Below are positions 10,767 to 20,000 of a stretch of DNA of 20,000 nt, in pieces (position 1 is the stretch's first letter; every line of letters starts with the position of its first letter). Source of the DNA: Blastocystis sp. subtype 4. Taxonomy: Eukaryota. A program made the position numbers and the translations under genes. The notes beneath the pieces were generated by a model. The model worked only from the letters and a program-made list of their open reading frames with translations, searched no databases and was not told the origin of the DNA. The stretch spans positions 49,904 to 69,903 of the forward strand of contig NW_014569469.1 of the NCBI RefSeq assembly GCF_000743755.1, in the 5' to 3' direction.

Positions 10767-11457
10767 ATGCCCAAAGCTCTTGTCGCCATTTCCGAAGGAT
10801 CTGAAGAATTAGAAGCCATTGGTATTATTGATATACTGCGTCGAGGAAAAGTTCATGTCACTGTCGCTTCGATTGATGAATCGAAGAAAGTGAAGTGTGC
10901 CCGTGGTTGCTCACTTGTAATGAACTCTTTTATCCTAAGATTGTAGACTGCTGATGTGTTGATTGGTGATGTCAAGTCAGATACCTTTGATGCAATTGTT
11001 CTTCCCGGTGGAATGCCTGGAGCAGTATATCTTTTCTTTTCCATTGATCTGCAGGAGCATCTTCGCGATTGTCATACTCTTGTGTCCATGCTTGGAAAAC
11101 AGAAGGAAGCTGGACGAATTTATGCTGCAATCTGTGCATCTCCCGCTGTTGTCTTCGCTGTATTTGTATTCTTCGCTTATTAGTATAGACACATGATCTC
11201 CTTGATGGCTATGCTACCTGTTACCCAGTATCATATCTGTTAAATGTCGAATCATAGAGTTTCAAGGATCAGATCGAACACTTCAAGAATGAGAAAGTTG
11301 TTGTTTCTGACAATTGCAGTAGTTATTCTGACTAAATCTGATTGTAGTCACATCTCAAGGACCAGGAACAGTTATTGATTTCGCTTTGAAACTGGTCGAA
11401 GTTTTATGTGGAAAAGAAACAAGTGAAAAAGTAAGAAAAGGATTGATATACAACTAA
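10767..11457 (+). CDS. DJ-1/ThiJ/PfpI family protein (DJ-1/YajL-like glyoxalase/deglycase); 5 introns
   Basis: GSEELEAIGIIDILRRG, FDAIVLPGGMPGA, AAICASPAVV (nucleophile Cys), ATCYP, TSQGPGT. Confidence 0.93.
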
Positions 11458-11463
11458 TCATTA

Positions 11464-12612
11464 TTACGAGTACAACTCCTTTTTCACTTCACTCTTTGTT
11501 AACTACATACTAGTATAACAGAAATATCTACCTGAAAACTATTCGTCATAATTCGCATGATTACATCTTTGTTAATACCCTCTCTCTTCATTTCTTGAAT
11601 ACATCGATAGATCGAATTCTTATCTTCTTCATCCTTCTGGTTCATTCGTTCATTGAACTCGGTTAGTCCCTCTAAAACCAGAGTAAACTCACCTTTCTGA
11701 ATGCCTGTTCGAATGAAGGTACAGGCCTAGACTCAATGCTTCTTCTCATAAGTACTTCTTGAAGCGACAGGCGTGTGATTGTCTCATGCAGTTTGGTTAA
11801 TTCACGGCAGATACACACTCGTCGATCACCACCCAATGTACCTGCAAGATCATCAAGAGTCTCACAAATGCGATGACTTGACTCATACAAGATGGTTGTC
11901 GAAGGACTGGCTGCAATCGTACGAAGTCTATTTGTGGATTGATAACACGAAATCTACTGTCTGGAACGCTCACTTCCAGATCGCTTCACGAATCCCACGA
12001 ACTGAAATGGGGTGATATAGAACCCACTACACACAAGAGCAGCCAGAGCCGCACTGGGGCCGGGAACTGGTACTATGGGAATTGCTATTGGTAAGGTCAC
12101 CCACTCCATGGTTACCATGTTCTATACAACTCCTCACAAGGGTAGCTCCTGGATCTGATAGAACTGGAGTACCTGCATCACTGACTAATGCAATAGACTT
12201 TCCTAGTTATAATACCAATACAACATCGCCTTCCGTCCTTCAAGTGGGTGAGGATCATTGGGATTTTCGACCGTTCGTTCTCCTGGTTAAGTGATTCCAA
12301 TTTATTAGAGATTTCCATTCTATGAAACATAAGATAAACTCTAGATACAAACCGATTCAACAGTAATCCTGTTGTCCGTGTATCTTCTGCCAGAATCATT
12401 GAAGCAAACTGCAAAATAGTCTTTGCACGTGTTGATATATCATCTAAGCAGCCAATTGGCGTACTCACAAGATGTCTACGTATTATTGATAACCTAAACT
12501 GTTACAGAGCTCCTGGAACGATATAGTTCACTTTAGATGTGGAGAAATGTGACTTGCAGATGACTCGACTAACAACACTAAATCGCATTTGGTTCAGTAA
12601 TAGTTGGTTCAT
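11464..12612 (-). CDS. rsmI: RsmI/YraL-family SSU rRNA cytidine 2'-O-methyltransferase with putative mitochondrion-related-organelle presequence; about 7 introns, one GA-AG
   Basis: LVSTPIGCLDDISTRA, AEDTRTT, SIALVSDAGTPVLSDPG, PVPGPSA, YESSHRI, CRELTKLHE, KGEFTLVLEG. The last exon (LTKSEVKKELYS*) is inferred. Confidence 0.9.
11493..11500 (+). promoter_or_regulatory. Poly(A) element variant TCTTTGTT, probably of the DJ-1 gene
   Basis: 7/8 match, 35 nt after the DJ-1 stop. Confidence 0.55.
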
Positions 12613-12616
12613 AGTC

Positions 12617-12624
12617 AACAAATA
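12617..12624 (-). promoter_or_regulatory. Poly(A) element variant TATTTGTT of the SH3 gene
   Basis: 7/8 match, 24 nt after the inferred TAG. Confidence 0.65.
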
Positions 12625-12648
12625 TTACACGCAACGAATAACTAGTAT

Positions 12649-13639
12649 CTACCAATGCGATAAAGAATAATTGCTTTTCAAGTATTTCATCTACAGTTAA
12701 CCAATACTTATTTCCTCACTTCTTGTGGATGATAATTCCTATCCTCGTCAAATCCAGTACACTAAAGATGATACATGTCAACCGCAATTACTAAATGATA
12801 TTCATTGGAACTAAAATTGCAATTCAAAGTGGCTGACATGTCCCCTGAAGAGACTTCAGATTCTTTTTGGCTAGAAGGATTCAAAGCACCAATCATAAAG
12901 CGAAACATTGATACAGGAACACAAGCATTTGTAGGAAGAGTTTTCGATGTTAGAATACAGGTGGATTTAGGTAGAACAAGAATCTTGGCATCCTCATGCT
13001 TTTGTGAATTATCTGGTAATACAACGAACACTTCTCGATCGGTAAAAGATACGACTTGAACAACATTTCCCTTCTCAAATGGTTTGAAGTCCTTCAAAAG
13101 TTCTACAAACATGAATGAGTCTACTAGAGTCTAGATATCAAGAACAAAAGAGATGGAACAATCCGTTTCAAAGAACCTCTGGATGTTACCATCTGGAAAG
13201 ATCCCTGCTCATTCTAGGATTGCAATAATCTAACAAAACTACTAGTTCTAAGGATCTACTGAACCTGATGTTTATTAGTTTTAACACTCTTACCTCGATT
13301 TAACGGATTTACGAATACTTTTGCACTTTTCTAGATGTGGTTTGTCTTCGGGAGACTCTGATGGAGTCGATGTTTGTGGACTCATTCCTTGTTGTTGCAC
13401 ATATGAAGAAGGAACCCATCCAATCTAAGAAATAATCATCTTTCCACAAACGAACCTTGTTATGGGATGAACATAAAATCCAATCATCTGTAATGTTTCC
13501 ATCATGCCAAGAGATAATTTCATTAGCATTTACAGAGAGTTGGTTGTAATCAATCGCTTTAAAGTTATACAACACCTATATTGATTAATTGCAGCGGCAG
13601 TAAACGAAATACACGTAACTTTCCTTTAACAGGTAACAT
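12649..13639 (-). CDS. SH3-domain protein of unknown function; about 7 introns
   Basis: MLPVKGKLR-VLYNFKAIDYNQLSVNANEII...DDWILCSSHNK-IGWVPSSYVQ is an SH3 signature. The downstream exons join with canonical introns; the C-terminal exons are less certain. Confidence 0.75.
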
Positions 13640-13648
13640 TATTAGTAT

Positions 13649-13656
13649 AACAAACA
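13649..13656 (-). promoter_or_regulatory. TGTTTGTT polyadenylation element of the beta-propeller gene
   Basis: Exact match, 12 nt after TAA. Confidence 0.85.
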
Positions 13657-13668
13657 CCCTGGGAATCC

Positions 13669-15213
13669 TTATCGATGTATTTCTGTAATGGACCAAATGT
13701 GAAGTAGTCCTGCCCGTGTTCCTAGTGCTGAATATCGTGTCTGGTAAGTACCTGTATACAGAATGTTGTTTTGGAAGTTGTACATGATCCCACTCACATC
13801 TTCAAGGGCATAATTGTCAGAAGGATAAATACTCCGACTATCTCGGTTGAAGTACTGTTCACCTGTCAGTAGGTCAAATATATCTATCTTTCCTGTTCGG
13901 ATCCTATCGCAATAATAACAGACGAGAATGTCTTGATCGGAAGAAATGTAGGCTATGTTATCATACGTGTTATCAGCGTATTTTGAATTCTTTTGCAGAC
14001 TATTGTTAAAGCAGAGAGAGGAAGCAACGAGTTAATTCTTTTCAAAAGAGAATTGTAAATATCAATCGTTGCTTTTGAGAAGACCAGAAATAACCCCTGA
14101 TAGTTCAGAAAGACAATAAGTTTCGCATCAAGTCCTTCTCTCGCTTCCAGACTCACAACTCGATTTTGCAACATCTTAGGATCAATAACAAGTAGAGGAG
14201 ACAACACTAAAGACAACAAGTTTGTGATCACGCTGCTTGATAAAGATGTACTCTTCAAACACTTCCAAGAACTCAACTTCATTGTGGCTATGAAGGAAGA
14301 AATTGGCTCTGTATACCACTTCTCCAGTAAGAAGGTGAATGGTCATGATAGGCATCACTAAAATGTCACTTCCCTTGATCTCATGAGCCTTCTGTGCGAT
14401 CAACAGAATTCCATGTCTAGAATCAGAGAGAATCTCCATGTGTACCCCACACGAATCTCGTGAATTCTTGTATCTGTAATGGAGTAGAGAATCGAATAGT
14501 CATTCAGACTCCATAGTTTATACTCTCTAGCGTCATCAGAGATCTAATGTCCTACTGCTTGTGAGCACAGAATGTGATGATAACATTGTTGTACTCATCA
14601 AATTCAAAGTAACTAGGAGCTAGAAAGAGATCATCTCGGAAGAGGAGTGTACTCTTACTAAGATCTTTTGTATCAAGAACCCTAGAGTATTGAAAGACAA
14701 GAAACTACTACTCAATAGGAACACTTCGACATTGAAGAATGTTTTGACCATCGATTTGTCGATAAGTGACAAGTAGCAGTTCATCATTCACACGATTTAC
14801 AAACACTGTTTGTACAGTATCGAATTTGGTTGGATTGAGAAACATGTGTCGCTGGTACGTTTGTCCATCAAGTACTTGACATGCTCCTTTTCGAGAGAGA
14901 ATAATGAGGTACTGATGATACTGAATGATATCACTAATACGTGATCGACTGCACATAGAAGTTCCATAGAAGTAATTGATATAATCTACATCAATTGTGT
15001 CCACTAGAGCCTAGAGAATGAGTCATAAAACACTAGTACTCTTGCATGGAGTCTATTAAGCACTTCTTGAGAACATAAATATGGGTGATATTTCGAATAA
15101 TGAGTTTTTCGAGAGAGGATATCTGTGAATGGACCCTTTGTTGTACTTGGATTCTCAGAAACGGGCTTATAAAACAACGAGTCATCACTGAAGATATCCT
15201 CTTCACTGTCCAT
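13669..15213 (-). CDS. WD40-like beta-propeller protein resembling an uncharacterised family I recall from plants; about 7 introns
   Basis: RSRISDII, FLNP...VQTVFVNRVNDELLLV, LQCRSVPIE, APSYFEFDEYN, YKLWSLNDYSILYSI, VEFLEVFEEYIFIKQ, YISSDQDIL, ALEDVSGIMYNFQNNILYTGTRAGLLHIWS are collinear with remembered plant motifs (WPGFVEFDDVN; YITSDQDLI; ALEDITALFYDEERNEIYTGNRHGLVHVWS). Confidence 0.75.
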
Positions 15214-15400
15214 AATCCATTTAGCGTTCTTGCAGATAATGTAGATGGAGGGAAAAAGAAGAATTATTCCAACAAACTGCTGATTTGTTTTTATTGATTG
15301 TTCAGTCGTTCTTTCATCATTGCAAATTGTTCACAAGGAGATTGGTACACCATTGTGGATCCACGGGAATAACCTGAACACTGGAACTATAGGAATTGTG

Positions 15401-16614
15401 ATGTCTCTAAGACTATCATACCGTAATTCATTGCAGAAAGTATCGTCAAAGACAAAACGGTTAATTGCAAGGATAGGAGTCGTTCTGCAACATCGAGATA
15501 ATGTTGCTGAAATCCCTAATGAATTGTAGGAGCTATAAATAGCAAAGTGATAGCATAGATGGGATGTGCTGATGGCCGATCTTGCCGCCAACTATCAAGG
15601 CATCCAGGAGTTTGTACATGCTACTGCATTGGTATTAGGAAGTAGATATCTGAAATTAATCAATTTTGCCAACTTGCTTTAAGTAAGTTGTTGATGGGAT
15701 TCATAAGTGTAGAAATGGCAGAACAAATGGAATCTACGAGTCGTACAGTTGTTGACTGTACAATTGATACAGACAGTGAAGAATCGAAGAGTAAGCATTT
15801 TGACTATGCTCAGGCAATGGCTGGTCTTCGAGTTTTTGTTGCTCCAAAATGTGTAGGTTGTTTGTAGTGTTGATAAGGAAAGACAGAACGTCTAACAATT
15901 GAAATCATCCCTTTGCTAAAGGACTATGTAGCTGCAATTGAATGGCTAATGGTTTGGAATGTCGTATCCAGTCATGTATAGAAACTCTGTGATGAACGAA
16001 TAAAGTACAAGCTAGAAGCGGATCATTACATCCACAAGTTAGATACTCTTCAGAAGGAGAACACAGACCCTGAGAGGGTACACAGAGTAGCTACAATCGT
16101 TCCACTGAATGAGTAGAATGAAGAAAAACTACAAATGAAGAAAAGACAACTTCAGATGATCGAAACTCCACTTCTTTTGCGTTTACAGGACTTTGAGGAG
16201 CGACACGACCACATTATATCGTATGCATTTAATGTCTTCACATCTGCTCAAAAACTGTATTTTACTGAAATATCCAATGCTTTCACTGGATATTGTGATG
16301 TTGTTCCTCCAGAGTCAGCTCCTTCTCGTCCTTTGATTTTGAATCATGGCTCACGTCAGGATATCGATGAAGCTAAGAGGTCTATGGCAACAAGTCCTCA
16401 ACAGCCAGCATCTTCATTGGATCAAAATGACTCAATGAACCCCAGTTCTTCTGTTCATGAGTTACCATCAACTGTAACACCTTCTCCCCAGTCCCATGCA
16501 ACACTTCCTCCACAAAGAAACCCTCCTCTTGTCCCCTCTGTGAGGCCACTCCAAAGACCGCCTATTCCACCTCCACCTCCACCTAGTTTTATCAAAGGTT
16601 CTACACACAGGTAG
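15401..16614 (+). CDS. BAR-domain (amphiphysin/Rvs-like) protein A with proline-rich C-terminus; 6 introns
   Basis: KLCDERIKYKLEADHYIHKLDTLQKE...RNEEKLQ...LLLRLQDFEERHDHIISYAFNVFTSAQKLYF fits BAR helices 2-3; tail RPPIPPPPPP. Confidence 0.7.
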
Positions 16615-16798
16615 TTGTGCAGTAATATAATCTGTTAAATTGCTTGGTCCTCCTTTTTCCTCTTTTCTTGTCTCTTTTGTTGTATATTCGTTTATACTGG
16701 AGTGAATTGAATCGAGTCTATCATGTCTGCCAATTTGATGGGATCCCCGTAAACAGAAATGTGATCCATTTCTTCTTTTCACTTTTTATTATCATACG

Positions 16799-18341
16799 AT
16801 GTTTGGAAAATCTTTTAGAAGCACACTTACAAAGCTCACATCTGGTGTAAAGGAAGCAGCCAACAAAACTGCTTCGGCCATTAAGCACAAGGGAAGCGTT
16901 GTTGATATTCCTGATGAAGAGTATGAGTCAGTACAGGATATTGAGTGAGTAGATGGATCAATCATATCCGAAAACTGAAGTCTACCTATGAACAGCTTTC
17001 AATGCTTGTATGAGTGAGATAATGGAGTCATGCGTCTAGGAAAGTAGTATCCGCTCTTGGGTTGACAGTACTGCACGTAGGAGAGAAGAGAATGAGATAA
17101 TTAGTAGGTATGTCAAAGAACATGGCCGATGTGGGTTCTGGATTCCTGAATGTGGCAATTGATGATGACCAGGAGGTTAGCAAGCAGAACTGGGGAGCTT
17201 ACCAGGAGAAGATGGCTGAATTAGAGAAGAATAGTGGAGCCAGATACGTATTTCTTATTGTTCTGATTGAATGGTTAGTTTGAGCGTCTAACAACAGAGA
17301 TTTTGCCTCTATTGAAGGAATATGAGATGGAGACAGAATTCCTCTTGGTATAGTTAGTCACAGATTCTTATTCATAGAAGCTCTGTGATGAGCGTTCGAC
17401 ATATAAGATCGAACGAGATCATTATTACTCTAAGATGGAGAAGTTATCTTCTCAACCTGGAACTATGGGAAACACTGAAATGCTTCAGCGTGTATGTATT
17501 CATGTGTCAATATGAAGAATAGAATCAGGAAAAACAGAGCCGTTCGGAGACACAATTGCAGATGATCGAGGCTCCTCTGTTATTGCGTCTTCAAGACTTT
17601 GAGAAGCGACATAATGAGATCATGTCCTATGCTTTTGATGTGTTCACATCCATGCAAAAACAGTATTTTGCTGAGCTTTCAATTGTGTTCTCAGGTTACA
17701 AATCCACTGTTCCTTCGGATCTGGCTCCTTCTCTTCCTCTAATTATGAATAATGGATCACGTCAGGATATTGATGAAGTGAAAGCTGCCATTCTGAAACA
17801 GAATCAAGCTGAGAAGGAAAGAGAGAAAGAGAAGGCTCAAGGAAGTAAGCCAGTTGCTGTGGACTCAATGCCCCCACAGCAGCCAGTATATGAGAGTGCT
17901 GCTGCCTATCCTCAGCAGCCTACGTATGATGCCTCTGCTTACCCTCAGCAACCCGCATATGATGCCTCTGCTCACCCTCAGCAACCCGCGTATGATGCTT
18001 CTGCCTATCCTCAACAGGGTAGTCAACCTTATGATATGCCAGCTTATCAGCAGTCTGTTTTCCCTCAAGTTCCTACGCAGATTCCGGATACCTCTTCTTA
18101 CGCATCTTCGGAGATGCCTGTCTATCAGCAGCCAGTAATGCCTGCATATCAGAAGCCGACTCAAATCCCTGTTTATCAACAACCCACTGAAGTACCTTCG
18201 TACCAACAACCCACTGAGATGCCCGCCTATCAACAGCCTTATGACTATTCTTCCCTTCCTCAAGCCCCTACTCATACTACTAACGCTGAGGAAACAGCTG
18301 CCGAACCATCAACTGTTCCTGGAGAACCTGAAGCCGAATAG
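16799..18341 (+). CDS. BAR-domain protein B, tandem paralogue of A, with Tyr/Pro/Gln repeat tail; 6 introns
   Basis: Shares ERLT.EI.PLLK.Y, KLCDER..YK.E.DHY, QMIE.PLLLRLQDFE.RH and GSRQDIDE with A, with introns at equivalent positions; basic amphipathic N-terminus MFGKSFRSTLTKL. Confidence 0.72.
17898..18017 (+). repeat. Coding tandem repeat, 33-bp unit (ASAYPQQPAYD), about 3.6 copies
   Basis: Units start at 17898, 17931, 17964 and 17997. Confidence 0.9.
18114..18240 (+). repeat. Coding degenerate repeat, about 27-bp unit (xPxYQQPTE), about 5 copies
   Basis: MPVYQQPV MPAYQKPTQ IPVYQQPTE VPSYQQPTE MPAYQQP. Confidence 0.8.
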
Positions 18342-18374
18342 TGTTAACGATTTGCCTTATTGGAGTTAACATTC

Positions 18375-18390
18375 TCTTTGTTAACAAACA
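18375..18390. terminator. Back-to-back poly(A) elements for convergent genes: TCTTTGTT (+, 18375-18382) and TGTTTGTT (-, 18390-18383)
   Basis: TCTTTGTTAACAAACA contains the 12-bp palindrome TTTGTTAACAAA, located between the stops of BAR-B (18341) and aspA (18420). Confidence 0.75.
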
Positions 18391-18419
18391 CACAACATCA
18401 AGAACCCTTCAAGAGTTCA

Positions 18420-19927
18420 TTAGTTCTTGCTCACATACTTGGGATGAATCATCTCCTCAGGCACCAACAACTTCTTCACCTCCTCTTCGGTACACAGTCC
18501 CAACTCTACCAACACATCACCCACAGACTTGCCTGTAGCCAGAGCAGTCTTAGCAGCCTTTGTGCAGTTCTTGTAGCCAATGTAAGGAAGCAGACCAGTA
18601 ACAATACCAATGGAGTTGTGTACCATATGGGCAGTATGCTCAGGATTGGCAGTGACAGTAGCAATGCAAAGCTCACGAAGAGTACGCATAGCACGAGTGA
18701 ACATATGAATACTGTTGAACACATTGTAAATGATCACAGGCTCCATCACATTCAGCTCCAGCTGACCAGCCTCAGAAGCCATCGTACAGGCTGTATCATT
18801 ACCAATGATCTGGAAGCAAGTCTGGTTCACGACCTCAGGAATGACAGGGTTCACCTTTCCAGGCATGATAGAGCTACCAGGAGCACGAGGAGGCAGATTG
18901 ATCTCATGAAGACCGCAACGAGGACCTGAACCCATCAGACGCAGATCATTGCAGATCTGAGACAGACGAGCCGCTGACACCTTCAAAGCGGCATGGAAGT
19001 TGAGCATTCCATAGGTGTTGGAGGAAGCGCTAATCAGATCGGGAGCGATCTTCATATCGAATCCAGTCACCTCACAAAGAGCCTTACAGGCCTCAGGAAT
19101 GAACTGAGGATGAGCAGCAGCACCAGTACCAATAGCAGTACCTCCCAGATTCTGGACCTTCAGAGGCTCAGCAGCAGCCTTGATAAGAGCCAATGACTCA
19201 CGAAGAGTGCTCGCATATCCGTGGAACTCCTGTCCCAGAGTCATGGGCACAGCATCCTGGAGCTGAGTACGACCCATCTTCAACACATCCTTGAACTCTT
19301 CAGCCTTGGCCTCAAAGGCATCAATCAGCTTCTCCAACTCAGCAACCAACTCAAAGTGATCCAAATACATACCCAACTTTCCAGAACTAGGATAGGTATC
19401 ATTCGTCGACTGACATTTGTTAATGTGATCGTTAGGACTCACAATCGTGTAATCTCCCTTCTCCTTACCCATAATTTCAAGAGCGCGATTTGCAATCACT
19501 TCATTAGCATTCATATTCGTAGAGGTTCCAGCTCCTCCCTGAATCATATCAACAACGAACTCCTTATCCAGCTTGCCTTCAATCACCTCATCACAGGCCT
19601 GCTTCACAGCCTCCACGATCTCTGGTTTGATCAATCCCAGACGTCCGTTCGCCATGATGCAAGCCTTCTTAATCATACCAAAGGCCTTAATGAAGTTGCG
19701 GTAGCTGCTCAGACGAACACCAGTAATGTTGTAGTTGTACAGACCACGAAGTGTCTGAACTCCGTAGTAAGCATCCTTGGGCACTTGAATCTCACCAAGG
19801 AGATCAGACTCCACACGGAACTCCTTGCACTTCTGCTACAAATCATACTCTCAGATCCACTCTCTACCACTTCCTCAAGAGCAGAGGAATGAAGATCTTC
19901 ATCATACTGAGATAACAGAGGGAACAT
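18420..19927 (-). CDS. aspA: Aspartate ammonia-lyase (aspartase); a single short intron near the 5' end
   Basis: YYGVQTLR, QGGAGTSTNMNANE, QSTND, KMGRTQLQDAVP, GSSIMPGKVNPVIPE, GQLELNVMEP are aspartase-type rather than FumC-type (QTGSGT, VNPTQCE). ATG 19927 joins the main exon through a 32- or 35-nt GT-AG intron. Confidence 0.93.
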
Positions 19928-20000
19928 TATAATAATAGTCTGCGCAAATAAGAAATATGTGAGATATCTTATGAAGTGGAAACGTGGAAATGTGGAAAGA

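Noticed and set aside
15859..15866. TGTTTGTA poly(A)-like element inside a BAR-A intron
   Set aside because: Cleavage there would truncate the BAR domain and give no in-frame stop; probably chance.
67..18341. Functional clustering of WASHC5, SH3 and BAR genes as a membrane-remodelling locus
   Set aside because: Unrelated genes are interspersed, and co-location cannot be distinguished from chance without synteny data.
18360..19892. Long plus-strand ORFs (189, 67, 223 aa) opposite aspA
   Set aside because: Antisense shadows of a codon-biased gene; no recognisable motifs.
1..20000. Fragmented ORFs as pseudogenes or an alternative genetic code; CRISPR arrays or mobile elements
   Set aside because: Mini-introns account for the interruptions under the standard code; no spacer arrays, terminal repeats or transposase motifs were seen.

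Overview
Eukaryotic nuclear DNA, very gene-dense and AT-rich, with dozens of roughly 28-37 nt spliceosomal introns (mode about 30 nt) and a TGTTTGTT-type element at gene 3' ends. This combination points strongly to the gut stramenopile Blastocystis (inference; subtype not determinable). By manual splicing I reconstruct 13 protein-coding genes: strumpellin/WASHC5, a GT49/LARGE-like glycosyltransferase, a cold-shock-domain protein, NPRL2, CWC25, a PTGES2-like GST-fold protein, DJ-1/YajL, an RsmI-like methyltransferase with a putative organellar presequence, an SH3 protein, a plant-type beta-propeller protein, two tandem BAR-domain paralogues, and aspartate ammonia-lyase. Notable signals: stop codons apparently completed by polyadenylation (known in Blastocystis), back-to-back poly(A) elements between convergent genes, poly(A) elements only 4-9 nt upstream of the next gene's ATG, and three ~30 nt introns with non-GT donors (GA, GC, AT). 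All family assignments come from remembered motifs, not database searches. No mobile element, rRNA, tRNA or CRISPR array was seen.
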